Positions 26,081 through 41,877 of a stretch of DNA of 64,000 nucleotides are shown here, piece after piece. The position numbers were made by a program, and so were the translations under genes. The stretch lies in assembly GCF_009914755.1 (NCBI RefSeq), contig NC_060935.1; one strand, given 5' to 3'. Source of the stretch: the human T2T-CHM13v2.0 reference genome, Homo sapiens. The first letter of the stretch is position 1. Each line of letters begins with the position of its first letter. Under the pieces are notes generated by a model, which had not been told where the DNA came from, ran no database searches, and saw only the letters and a program-made list of their open reading frames with translations.

Positions 26081-28296
26081 TGAGACAGAGAGACATAAAT
26101 AACTAAATAAAAAGGTATATATCAGAATATAGATGTATATTACAATAGCAATTGTTAATAGTGACACACAACTAACAGTAAGACTTTTGTACAGTGGGAA
26201 GCAGAACAAGCCAAATGCTGTTATTAGTTTTGATATCAGAGTTGCATTAGATTAAAACAAGAAGAAGTAGCTTTATATGTCCTTGTATTTGATGTCTAAT
26301 TCAAGTTCTTTAAATGTCGAATCTGTTTCAGTAAGTTACTATTCTCAAAGTATCAGTGTCTCCATGGTTATGAACAATTACACAAATAATTATTTTTATT
26401 TTTATTTGCCATTACTTTGAGTTTTTTTCTTGATTCTAATCCCTGATATTATATATTTACCACTACTTTATGTTTTTTTTCTGAGTGACATATCTTTCTT
26501 TCCAAAGATCTGTCTAATTGATTGTTCCTTTCAAAGAACCTGTTAATTTGTTATTTCAATTTTTTTCTGATTTTATCTTTATTATTTTTTCTTGATTTAT
26601 TTTACTTATATTTATTGTCTTATTTTTCTTGCTTCTTGCATTGACTGAGGAGTGTAAAGTTTTCCCTAAATATAAGTCAGGCTATATACCATAAATCATC
26701 TTGGTGCTTTCGTTATCATTTGTTATTAAAAAAATTATTAAGCACAGTTTCAAATTTGCTTTTCTCTTGAAATTACTTAATTAAATTGAAATTCTCTCTC
26801 TCTATATATAATTTATTTAGGTTTGTTAGCATTTTATAACCACAATGCAATAAGAGTTTAAAAAATGCCATTATAACTTATCATTTGGGAAACTGTTTTG
26901 TGGCCAACTATATAATTGCATTATATAATTGTTCAGAAGGTACTGGAAGAGAAGGCATATTCTCTATAGTGGAAAATACTAAATTATATAGTCTTCTTAT
27001 CAGAGTGTAAAATGTGTTTGTAGGGATTTGGCCTAACTCATTGCCACGTGAATAGCAGACAACTGAGAGAAGAGCCAGTCAATCAAAATGCCTACTAAAA
27101 ACAAGAGTTGAAAATGCCAGAAACCTATTTTAAGCATAAAAAGGACTTATTAAAGAACATTTGGTAGTCCATTGATGATGTATGCAGGAACATCATCAAA
27201 TTACCCCATAGGTCCACTCTGATGGAACTACCACTACTGGCTCCATTGAGCATAGTCAACTAGGATCTCACTCCTAAACCTGGGTGCAGAGACTGACACT
27301 AGAATCTCTGCCTCTGATATCTCTGGAAGATTTACTCTTCTGTCAGCACTCTTCACCAGAATGATTCAATGTGGCATTTTGCTTTTATTTTCCTAGCTTC
27401 TGAATTGGCTTCCTGGAGGTGTGCATGATTGACAGCACTTAGACAAAATGCCTTCTCCCATGGTGGGTGATTATTCCCATCTATTTTCTCCCTTTTTGTG
27501 AGGGGGACATACAATCTCATCCATTGCCTCATGACTCACAGTGCTTCCCGATAGCTGGAGAATGCTTTCTAGGACATTATGAGACTTGGCTATATGACCA
27601 TCTTGGGTCGTTGAAATAGGAATGGAGGGAAGTGTTTCAGTTCCATAGAGAAGCTCTAAGAGACATTTCATGTTTGTACCACCTTTTGTTGTTTTCTCAT
27701 TGTCACAATAAAGGCATATCACAAAGAGGGGCTCCTGCTTCAGCTTGAGTCCTGGATGCAAAGACATGTGGACTGGGATCCTAGCAACCTATCTGCAGCC
27801 AAGGACATGACGTGTGAGTGAAAACATTTGTTGTATGCCCCTGAGATTTTGGATTTTCTGTCATGGTATGAAAGCTGATTAATTAGGTAGGAAGGTGACT
27901 TCTATGGCTTTTCTTTGGGAGAAGTAGACGCCCCAAGAAAAGGAAAATTGGTCAAACATAGGAAGAGCACTCAAGTGCCAGCTACAGTGAATGACAAATA
28001 CCCACCACAAGCACAAGCTCTACATTCACAAAAACTTGGAAAACACAAGTAAGTCCTCAGAACAAAACATGGCTACCACATAGTATAATAGCTCATTCCC
28101 TAGTCAAAGAGAAATTTAGATCCACATTGCCATCACTGGCCACAGTCCTTAAAGAGAATTATAATGCTCTCTGGGGAGAGACCAGAAAGGAAACACAAGG
28201 GGAAAAAACAGGATTGATGGTTTCAGGTTTTCAGAACTGTTTTATTTGTCAGTTGGTGTCTATCGTTTGGTGTCTAGAGCCCGGAAATTAACTCAG

Positions 28297-28451
28297 GATA
28301 TACCTAATGTTAAATGACGAGTTGATGGGTGCAGCACACCAATATGGCACATGTATACATATGTAACAAACCTGCACATTGTGCACATGTACCCTAAAAC
28401 TTAAAGTGTAATAATAATAAAATTAAAAATAAATAAATAAATACATAAAAA
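28297..28451 (+). mobile_element. Very short L1PA 3' terminus with A-rich tail
   Basis: Near-identical to the L1 tail at 11589-11705; no clear TSD. Confidence 0.85.
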
Positions 28452-28716
28452 GAAGAGTGAAACTATGATTTCCTTACAATGTGAGAAAAAAATCCACCTA
28501 TTTAAATAATTTTTTATTTGAAGGAAATGGTGTATGAAACACTTCTGTTTTCTCAAATTAAAATTTGCAATATGCCATTCTTCCCTTAAGTATTATGCAT
28601 ATTACAAAACCTCCACACTTCCTTTTCCATCTCCTCTTTGTCCATTTTGTTCCAAGCACCCCAGTGCAGCATTGAGAGTATTCTTTAGGGAGAAACAGCT
28701 ACATTCTTTTGGGCAG

Positions 28717-29123
28717 TGTCTTGGTCAATTTATGCTGTTATAACAAAATACCTGAGACTGAGTAATTGATAAAGAATAGAAATGTATTTCTCACAGTTCT
28801 GGAGACTGGGAAGCCTAAGACCAAGTCACTGGCAGGTTAGGTGTCTGGTGAGGGCCTGGTACCTGCTTCCAAGATGGGACCTTAAACTCTGTGCCCTACA
28901 GAGAGGATGAATGCTGTGTCTTCGTCTTCACATGGCAGAAAATGCAGAAGGGCAAGAGGGCTTAATGCATCCCTTCCAGCCCTTTTATAAGCTTGCTAAT
29001 CGCATTCATGAGGGCAGAGCCCTCCTGGCTTAATCACTTCCTAAAGGCTCTATTACTTAATACGATCACACTAAGTTCCAATATATAAAGTTTAGAGGGA
29101 CAAATATATTCACACCATGTCAA
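28717..29123 (-). mobile_element. MaLR solo LTR (MSTD/MLT1A-like)
   Basis: tgtctt..tgctgttataacaaaatacctgagactg..tttctcacagttctggagactgggaag. Confidence 0.75.
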
Positions 29124-30979
29124 ACAAGATGCATTCTATTGAGCAAAAATACATTTCAAAAAAAGTTTAAGGCCTGACATTTTCCACAGTTCTTAGTACC
29201 TCTCTTTTCTTTGTATTTCATGGCATCTATCACAAATTTCTAAGGACTCTTTAGCTCTTCACCAAAGTGCCTTCTTCCTGTGCTGGATTTCCTTAGGTCT
29301 GTGAGTCTGGCTGTCCACGGGAGGTTTACTATTGCTGGCCACATTCATGAGAGCTATAAAATCATGATCATCTGGTTCCTGAACCTAAGCTTCTGTTTTA
29401 TTCCAGAGCCCAAGCCTTCAGAGACCCAGAGACCTATTCTTGGATATACACATCTTCCCAGATTTTTGCTTCTCCTCACTTAGACTTTATATTCTCCAGA
29501 ATTTCTATAAATGTTGTTACCTCTTTTACTAAGTAGTAAACTATGACTTTAACTTCCTTTAATACTCTATTTCCCTCTTTTTTTCCCTGTCAGTACAAGT
29601 AGGTCCATCATTTTTTTTGTAAACGCATTAGCTCCATTTTTCTCTACCACTTATAATAGCCACATATTTGCTAGATCAGAATGTCTTCTGATCTAGCAGA
29701 AGACACCTAATTTTCTTTTTCAACTCACCCTAATTTTATTTTTCAACTCAACTCCTAAGGAAATTTTTTTTCCTTCAATTTCTGATACACTCTTAATTTG
29801 TTTCCACTTCTAAAGCTAAAACTGTCTTGTAGATACCTCTGTAACTCTTCATCAAGGCACTCTGTCATTCTTTTATCTGTTGACTAAAATGATGCATCTG
29901 ACACTGCTATTTCCATGCCAATCTGATTAAGAAAGCAACGCCATTCTTGTTATAGGTTTCCTTTCATTCTTTATTGGCCTTAGGATTTGTGATTATTTTA
30001 TTCCCGCCTCCTGTCCCCCTGCCTCCCACATTGGTTGAAAATGAAACTTCTTCTTTATCTGCTTATGATGATATTTGCTGTGCTTGGACCCATGTTCCAG
30101 AGCTCTTAAATCTACAACTTTGATCAAAGTTTAACCAATAAATGAAATGAGATAATTTGCCAAATGTAGTTGGTTCCCAGGGAAAGACTATAGATAAGAC
30201 ATGCAGTTTACTGAAAGTTAGTCATCTCTCGATTATGATACAGCTTAAAACAGAATTTAAGAAATCCAGAGAAACATATATAATACAGTTTACTAATTCA
30301 TGGCTGTAACAACCCAAAGGCCTAAAATATTCTTTACAGATCTGTACTTACTTTGAATTTAATTCACTCCAGCCCAGGTAGAATTATTCCACTCTTACCA
30401 TTTGACTTAAGGAAGAAGACTTTCCTGCCCTGTAAGGTGAATCCCTGGCTCTACAAATCAAGATCTTGCTATCGTGCATGCAAAACCATTTGCGCTTGGA
30501 TGCCTAAATAAGAGGGAGTCCTTCCCCAGTTCAGCACCTTCAATTGCTCCTATGGTACTTTGCTTCCCAATGACAGAACCTGGTCTAGTTTCTCCCTCAT
30601 CTGCTAACTAGGCAACATGCTATTGGTCATCTTAACGAGAATAACTTGACAAAATGGAAGTGTATTATTTGGTTCAGAGTGGTTGTAAAAGGTCATAGAG
30701 ATAAAGGTAGCAGATAGACAGGCACTCTGATTTTGCTAAGGGGACAGATTTAGTGAAGAACAAGAGGCTAAAGATACAAATGAGATGTATATTGAGGGGA
30801 TGGGGTCCTAGAAGATATGGGAAGGTATGGTGTTCAGAGAACAGGTGGAGAGGTTATCTTGGACAGGAGAGATACCCGACTCTATATACAGAAAAAAAGA
30901 CAAGAATGGGCGTAGATATGTTTAGAGATGGGGGGATCATCTATAAACCTAAGATTCTCGATTTCTCCATAAATAAGAT

Positions 30980-31713
30980 GTATACCAGATGTTGTTGGTG
31001 CCATGTCTTACTGCAAGCCTGTGTCTCTTATCTGAAAGTTTTCCCTTGTGTGGCAAACCAGGAATGCCAGGGAGTTAATAGTCCTGGAGCATCCCTTAGC
31101 CAGTGAAAATGGAAGTTGGAGGATTATTACTCAACTTCCTTACTCCTTGGGTGGTATAACTGAGGTATGTTCTACTCCCTCCTTGAAATCTCTAATGGAA
31201 CTGAGTTCTAGTTGCTCATAGTGGTAACCTACTTGAAGATGTTCACTTTCTTACTCCTCATGTAGTACAACTCTCAGGTATGTTTTACTTCCTCCAAGAG
31301 ATCTTTAAAGGAATTGAGACCCAGTTGCCCATGGGGATAAACTGACTCCTTTATTGGTTCCCTTCCCTTCCCCTCTCTCCCCCTCCCTTCCCCCTCCCCT
31401 CCCCCTCCCCTCCCCCTCCCCTCCCCCTCCCCTCCCCTCCCCTCCCCTCCCCCTCCCCTCCCCTCCCCTCCCCTCCCCTCCCCTCCCCTCCCCCCCTCCC
31501 CTCCCCTCCCCTCCCCTCCCCTCCCCTCCCCTCCCCTCCCCTCTCCCTCCCCCCTCTCCCCCTCCCCTCCCCTCTCCTCCCCTCCCTTCTCCTTTCCTTT
31601 CTTTTCCTTCTTCCTAACTCCCCAACTATTTCATCTTGCAGTCATCTCCCAAATAAACTACTTGAACTAAAATCCATATTTCAGTTGTGTTTCTGGGCAT
31701 CCAACCTATGATA
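30980..31713 (+). mobile_element. Old ERVL solo LTR (LTR16-like) containing an expanded pyrimidine tract
   Basis: ctcccaaataaactacttg terminus and internal gttgctcatagtggtaacc motif. Confidence 0.5.
31358..31615. repeat. (CCCCT)n polypyrimidine tract; G-quadruplex/H-DNA prone
   Basis: ~250 nt composed only of C and T. Confidence 0.95.
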
Positions 31714-32340
31714 ACTCAGATTACCTGCTAAGTAAATTCTCAAACAACTTCTCCATCCACTTTACTCTCTTTCATACTATTGAGTTTTTAGACACTGGAA
31801 GGTCTATTTTTTTTTTTTTTTTTTTTTTTTTTGGTATTGAGGGTTACTTGTTTTGAGGCCTTTGCCAATAGCTTAATAAATAGCTTAAATTGGTACTTCC
31901 CTGACACTATTACTGTAATTTGGGATAAGGGGTGGTTATGAAACACAGACCCAGATGACCAATACTCCTCTGGACATGGATAATTATCACATATATCCAG
32001 GAACATAATTCGATTTTTTAAAAATATGTAGAATATCTAATCTTTGAATTATATATAAACAGCACTCAAAAGATCACTATTATTATTGATTTTGTGCTAG
32101 TAAATTTACATGCATTTCAATTTTTACAACATCTCTATGATGATTTGCCATATTCATCATACAGATGAAGATTCTAATTTATCTACCTGAGAGCCCAAGC
32201 TGCGATCTGAACCCTGGTGTGTATGAAAATCCTTTTTTAATTCAACTCTATCGATGTAGCATCCCTGAGTTTGGGAACATTTTATTTTTGAATATTGTGG
32301 CTGAGTGCCCTTCCCACAGAGCTATGAACCTTTAGCATGG

Positions 32341-32733
32341 CATATTAGTCCGTTCTTGCATTGCTATAAAGAAATACCTGAGACTGGGTAATTTATAAAG
32401 AAAAGAGATTTAATTGGCTAATGGTTCTTCAGGCTGTACAGGAAGCATGGCGGCTTCTGGGGAAGACTTAGGAAACTTTGACTCATGGTGGAAGGCAAAG
32501 TGGGAGCAGGCGTCTTACATGGCTGAAACAGGAGGAAGTGGGGGGAAGGTGTTACACACTTTTAAACAACCAGCTCTTATGTGAGAACTTACTCACTATC
32601 ATGGGAACAGCACCAATGGGGAAATCTGCCTCCATGATCCAGTCAACTTCCACCAGGCCCCAAGTCCGACACTGGATTGGAGATGACAATTCAACATGAG
32701 ATTTAAGTGGGGACAGAAATCCAAATCATATCA
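32341..32733 (-). mobile_element. MaLR solo LTR (MSTA/THE1-like)
   Basis: tattagtccgttcttgcattgctataaagaaatacctgagactggg ... aaatcatatca. Confidence 0.85.
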
Positions 32734-34442
32734 CACCATATAACATGGGTAATAATATTTTGGTTGAGAAGACATATACATATGCACACTCACACATACT
32801 CATATACACATATAGGTACAGTATATTGTGTGTGCATAAGTATATGTACATATACACACAGTATATTGCATATGCATAAATATATGTATACAAGTATACA
32901 TTTAAAATATACCACACTATTATTTACAACAATTTCATCCAATTTGTCTTTATCAATCCTTTGCTTATTCATAGGTTCATAGACTGGGCAACCCTGAGTA
33001 GTGGAGAGATCACCAGCCATGTTTCAGGTTGTACGTAAGTTACCCGATTTCTCCCATTAGGCCTGTTTCCTGTCTTTAAATCAGGTTTAATAATACTTAG
33101 CTCATAAAATTGGTGTTTCCACTAAATAATGATGTATCTACCACACCTACTAATGTATCTACCATGTCTAACAGTGTTTTGCACACTCACACATGGGAAC
33201 TATAAAGGAAGGAAAAACTACTTGATGCTGTATGGTATGGGATTGGAAACACCTCCCCGTGCTGGAAATTTGGCACTGATTCAAAGCTTGTGATGACTAT
33301 GCCTGTGCAGTTTAAACTCGATGGCAGGTATTGATCATCACCATGTCATCAGCACCAGGATTGTGCCTGACATGTATTAGGTGCTGAATACATTTCTGCT
33401 GAATGACTAGAACAAATTGCTGTGGAAACTGAGTGGAGTATTAAAAAGGCCTGCTAGGAAAGGACTCACTGCCTGGACCTCATCCTACAATCTGATCTCA
33501 CAGCAACAGAAAATGGAAATGCTGCCATAGGATAGGGACGAGTAGTGTTTGCTTCCACTTTGAATCTTCACAGAGGCCAGCCCAACCATAAGTAATTGTT
33601 GAGGACCAGACCCTGGAATCCAAATATGCTTTGAGGACTTTTCTGCCTATCCCTGGGAAAACATTTTTTTGAGTAGTCAGTCGAAAACAGGAACAAGGAC
33701 CATCCCAGCCATTTGGAGATGAGCAGAGACTCTTGCAGTCCCTCTGTATTGACAAAAGAAGGAGAGGGCAGGGTGCAGTTTCTGAGGCTCAGTTTTTCCT
33801 GCCATCTCCTTGGCTTCCTGGAAAGGGACAGCCAAAAGGAAATGGGTATTAAATGTTCTCTGAAGCTTCCCTCTGCCTACACATGGTCTTTGGAGTTGCA
33901 CGTGGGCTACTCTATCTTACACCGCCTTCCCCAATCTGCAAAGATGTGAGATGAAGGGCACAATTGACACACAGTGTAAACAGTACTAATGCAGCCCTAA
34001 TTCCATGGGAAGATAGCCATAGTTAGATTTGATTAAAAAAAAAAAGCATTCCTGGTAGAATGTACATCACATGCAAAGACACGAAGGCACAATAGAACAT
34101 CGCACAACAGGAAAGTCCCTGGAGAAGACAGCAGGTACTAGATCATGCAGGGCTATTCCCATTGCCAAGCAGTATGAATATGGACTTTATCCAAAGGATA
34201 AAGACATTTGAACGTTTAAGATAGGGAATGATATGATGGGATCTGAATGTGTACTAGACAATAGGTACTTGCAAATTTTAACAGATTTATTGGCCACAAA
34301 GTTTATTGTAAGATGATCACTCATCTGATAATAAGCATGCTGTGATCCAGTATGATTTGTATAGCATGAAATCAAGAAAATATTTTTACCTGTTCAGTTC
34401 TGTTTATAATTCTTTTTCTTTTTCCATTAAAAATGCTGCTCC

Positions 34443-34688
34443 AAACATCATACGTTCTCACTGATATATGGGAGCTAAGCTACAAGGATGCGAAGGCATA
34501 AGAATGATACAATGGACTTTGGGGACTTGTGGGATAAAAGACTACAAATAGGGTGCACTGTATACTGCTTGGATGATGGGTGCACCAAGATCTCACAAAT
34601 CACCACCAAAGAACTTATTCGTGTAACCAAATACCACCTGTACCCCAATAACCTATGGAAAAATAAAAACAAAATCAACAAAAACAAC
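34443..34688 (+). mobile_element. L1PB-like 3' end
   Basis: L1PB-type 3'UTR; 12-bp TSD AAATGCTGCTCC at 34431-34442 and 34689-34700. Confidence 0.8.
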
Positions 34689-34962
34689 AAATGCTGCTCC
34701 TTACCTCGCTGTACCCATTTGTCTCTGCAGCTATAGCAAAGCTTTCTATGAAGGCACTGTGGTCAGGCATTAACATCCAATTTCCATTAAAGTCTTTCAG
34801 CGTTCAACCTTCTAACTTTTGATAAATTAAGTTTAGCCTAAAGCTGCCTCCTTACGTATCTTCAGTTCAGTATAAAAGTTTCTCTTTAGTAGTGAACTGT
34901 AACCTAACGAAATGTGTAAAGACTATAACCTATTCTTGTATCAAGCAAAGTTGTAGCCAATC

Positions 34963-37206
<2,244 letters not shown>

Positions 37207-38793
37207 AATATCAGGCATTCAACTGTTCTTACCATGTTCAAAGAAGACAAATGCTCATCTGTAACCAATCTAGCTGTTTCTGCACCTCACTTCCATTTTT
37301 TTCTATGTCACTTTCCTTTTCCTCTACATAAATATTAGATCATATAGCGGCCCTGGAGTTGCTCTGAACCTGTTCTGGTTTTGAGGGCTGCACAATTCAG
37401 AAATCATTCTTTCCTCAGTTGAACTCTACTAAATTTGTCTTAAGTTTATCTTCTAACAGATGGTGTTAGAAGTGGGATTAAAATTCGAGCTTTCAGTGAT
37501 CCCCAGGAGCATGAATTGACCCAGTGAGGTACCCGTCAGACCCGTTGTGTCCATTGCTCCCTCACAGCAAGTGGGGAAATGGGGCTCATGGGTATATTCT
37601 TGCTCCAATTCTAAAGCTCTGTGGATTTGTGTTTTGAGTTATATGAGTTTGAGCACATTTTTTATCTGAATTGGGCTCAGAAGTTGTGACGGAAACTGGA
37701 CTGGGTGAAGGATCGGACTGGGTCTGATAATCAACTGGATTGGGTCTAGTTAGAAGCCTTGAATATCTGAGTGGATCAGACAGAACCTGGCAGGAAATGG
37801 CAGTACTGAATTGGCTAGATTGTCTGGGGTATATACCCTGGGGTTCGTTTTCACGCACCAGGAAAATATAGAACAGAGACACACATGAGGAGTTTAAGAG
37901 CAGAGGTTTAATAGGTAGAAGAAAAGAGAAAGAGAAATAGCTTCCTCCATAGAGGAAGGGTTCTCTGAGCAGAAAAGAGCAAGCAGAAAGGATTGAGCAG
38001 AAAAAAAGACCAGAAATATTCCAAGCAAAAGTCAAAAAGTTTGCTTTAACTTTCGGAGTGAGTGCAGTCCATTTACTTCTTGTTTTGCTTGACATTCATG
38101 AACATTTCAGTTCTTCATAAGTCCCATACATTCCTTCTCTATTCCAATGTTACAATCTTCAAAGCTATTAAAAACCTGATTTGAGAACACCTGTTAAAGT
38201 CTTATAGCTTGACTATAGCCCATCTTTTCAGAAGGAACAAAGCAAGACAACAATTGTCTGCAAATGACAACGTTTTCATGGTAGTTACAGTTAAAAACAT
38301 GACTGACAAAGAAGTTTAGTTATCTCCACGGCTTGTGATAACTTTACCCTTAATTATGATTGATAGCATATATTCAGACATTGGAATTTTAGAAATCTCA
38401 TACAATTTTGGAACATATATTAGTATTATTCACCAGAATATGACTTAAAGAAGACTTGACATCATTTTGGAAATCTCATGTGACTAAACATGTCAAATAA
38501 TCCTGTTTACTTCTTCTATGGATGTTTCAGGGGCCCTCTGAGCCATCTAGAAAGCCAGGCAGCAGGAAAGACAATTTTGAAACTTGAGGTTTGATTTTGG
38601 GATGTCTGTTAAATGCTAGAGGTTTAAAACACTGGATGTTATGAAGTAGAATTCCAGAATGCTAGAAATTATTTATTTTGCCAAAATGATGACTCAAAAG
38701 GCAAAAACCTTTCAGTAGCATTACTATTACATGAAAATCCTGTTTAAAGCCATATTTCACCCTTGCATTAGTTTATTAATGTTAACCCAATTT

Positions 38794-39107
<314 letters not shown>

Positions 39108-40260
39108 TAAATGAAACCTTATAGATGATTCCATCTAACCTTAACCAATTTGACCATGAGGTGAAATCTTTACAAACCTTTTATAACCCTTTTGCTAAAG
39201 GCCAGATAAGCATCTTAAGACCACCTTGCTGTGCTTTTATTTTGATGCTCAGTTTATGAAAAGACCATATATTCAAAAGATCCTTTTGAATTAATGTTTA
39301 CACACTTTTGCAAGATTAATTTTTACAATCTTTCTATAACTTGCTTAAACCTCTAGCTCTGTCTTATCAAATTTAATATAATCCTTCATCCCTGGGCAAA
39401 ATTAACATTTCCATTCTTTCCTATAATCTTTTACTAAAGACACATTTTACTGTTTTTATATGCCTTTCATATAAAACTATTTAGTGATCATGTTGCTCTG
39501 TTACTCTTAGCAACCGTTACTTTTGGTGAAAAACCTGGTTAGTAAGCGATTTTAATTATGTGCCATGTGTGGCGCTTAGGACCCAGACAGAAGTGCAGAT
39601 AAGGCTTGTCTCTTTCCAGATTCTAACTCCCTGTGCCTTACCTAACTGTAAAGCAGGCAGTATACAACCTCGAACCATTTAGCAAACCTAGTATCTAAAT
39701 TGAATGATTTAGACCACCTATTGCATTTTGATGACACTTGCATTTTACCGATAATCCTTAAGACTATTTTTACTTCTTACAGATTAAACTATTTGCTTTT
39801 AATTCCTGTGGTTTCACGAGGAAAACAGGGTTTTTTTTTTTTTTTTTTTTTTCCCAAAACAGGGTCTGTGGTGCCTCGTAGTTCCATGCTACCAGAAGTT
39901 ATCTTAGGGCGTCTTATGTGTGCATTAAGAGTGGCAAGCCAAAAAATGGAGAAAAATAATTCAGTTGACTGAGAAGAAAAAAAACTTTTTCCAGAAAGAC
40001 AAGATCCAAGAAGAGAAAAACATAAAGGCCTTTTAAATATACCTATAACTTGAATATCCACTTTTAATTAAGCTGAGAGCTTTTTAAGAAAATCCTTTTA
40101 AATCTCTTGTTACTAGACTTTAGCCATGCGAAGCAATTAAGATTTTCAGCTTTTGAACGTTACAAAAAGTAATCTCACAGGTGAAACCAACAAGCCTTAA
40201 TTAGGTTATGACTTAACCTCAAGTGTATATGGTGTTTTCAAAGGGGTGATAGGCAGCTTT

Positions 40261-40690
40261 TAAAACTATCATTGCAAAATTATTACTGAGACAGTGGAAG
40301 AGATCTGACCCAACCAACTCCATTTTGTTTCCAGCTCCCAAGCTATCCTTGCCTATCCCTGGGCATAGGCCAAACCAACTTTTGGAGGAGCTGGGTTTAT
40401 AGTTTATAGTCTAAAACAAAGATGGTAACAGCCCCTTCTTAAGATAGGCTTACCTCTTGCCTGGGGAGCAGACCAAGAAACTAGCCATAAGATTAGAAAC
40501 CATGGCCTAGGAGTCATGGAGCTGAGGCTACAAGATTCTGACCCTCCCTTAACTGCTCTCAAGATTAGTCCTTAATATATTTTGTAAACCCTGCTCTTGA
40601 TGGATCAGCTGGCACCACCTAGATTGACAAACTGGCTTATCTGATTGTGTGGTCCTCACCCAGGAACTGACTTAGCACAAGAAGACAGCC
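40261..40690 (+). mobile_element. LTR8-like fragment, opposite in orientation to the host provirus
   Basis: ttgcaaaattattactgagacagtggaagagatctgacccaaccaactccatttt resembles the LTR8 5' end. Confidence 0.6.
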
Positions 40691-40889
40691 ACCATTGTAA
40701 AATGGTGGAGACTAAAACAAAGTATTGCCATGTGGTTCCAGGTCATGTTCCCAAGGACCTGAAACAAGATGGAGGCCTGTAGTCAAGTTTGTTACTGATT
40801 ATGTTGTTGGGCTGGCTTGAACAGCAGGCTTATGGGGTCCTGGGCCTGCATTCTATTTTCGCTTTTCCTTTTAGGCCTGCTATAGAAGA

Positions 40890-41350
40890 CATATTGCTTA
40901 TCTCCAAATTTCTCTGCTGCCTACAGAATTGCCTGCTTCTCAGCTGTGGTTAGGGTTTGGCTTAGAAGCAGCATAACATCCCTCCATGAGAAGTCAAATA
41001 CCTAAGTTAAATTTTGGAAAGCTTCTATATACCTATCAGGGTCGTTAGAAAATTGACCTAAGTCTCCCTTTATTTGTCTAAGATCTTGTAATGAGAAGGG
41101 AACTTGAAGGGGCCCCAAATAAAGGGGAGCCTCAGATAGTTCCCCTGGGAGTTGCTTCTCTAATTTTAGAGAATTATTTTCTTTTGGACCTGCCTGATAT
41201 GATTGCTAAAAGAGCTGGGTTTATTTTGCAATGCTTGCAGAGGTCTAGTAAAAAGGTCATGCCCTTGTGCAAAAGAAAATGAGCCACATTTTTGTTAAAG
41301 TTTCTGGGTCACAGAAGTCCTTGTGCTTCAGAATGCACTCCAGAGGAACT
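40890..41350 (-). pseudogene. Disrupted gamma-like gag remnant (matrix and capsid N-terminal domain)
   Basis: Manual translation: PLECILKH..DPETL..LIFFCTRA and VPFSLQDLRQIKGDLGQFSNDPDRYIEAFQNLT*VFDFSWRDVMLLLSQTLT..EKQAIL*AAEKFGD. Confidence 0.85.
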
Positions 41351-41861
41351 AAGCAATTAGGGCTAGTCATGCTCACCCAGGTGGCTCTAGTCCTGGGTGA
41401 CTTTTGACTTCCTAGACTTGTGTGAGCCGCCTGGCTCCCTGAAAAACGGATCTCAAGAAAAACTATGTAATAGTTGGGCAAGGCCCCTTTAATGGGCGGG
41501 GGGGGCATGCTAGATTAAACTCTGTATCTTGCTATTATGGCCGGTGCTGAAGCATTTACCTTTATAGAATGGTTTTGGCTAACTTCCAAACTTAAAATCC
41601 CCTTACTAGTTAGGTACCACTCTAATTGGAGGCAGAATAGGTGCCTTAAGAGAACATAGGGACTGAATGGCCATTTATCTGCTGATGGGACAGTATTGAG
41701 GCTAAAATTTGGCTACAGAGGACATTTTGCTCCTAATTGTTGAAGGCAGAGCTTTCCCAATCACAGTTGAAGCCTTTCTAGCAGTGCGAAAAGCCAGGAT
41801 TGGGACACCGCAGTTTATGGCATAGGACTCACAATGTGCCTCATGAAGAGGATTTCTGTTT

Positions 41862-41877
41862 CCACTAGGTGGCGCTG
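41862..41877 (+). promoter_or_regulatory. Consensus CTCF motif
   Basis: CCACTAGGTGGCGCTG matches CCASYAGRKGGCRS fully. Confidence 0.65.

Noticed and set aside
31354-31617. Proline-rich 87-aa ORF
   Set aside because: Translation of the (CCCCT)n tract with a non-ATG start
37461-37478. tRNA-like sequence
   Set aside because: Only an 18-nt retroviral primer-binding site; no cloverleaf
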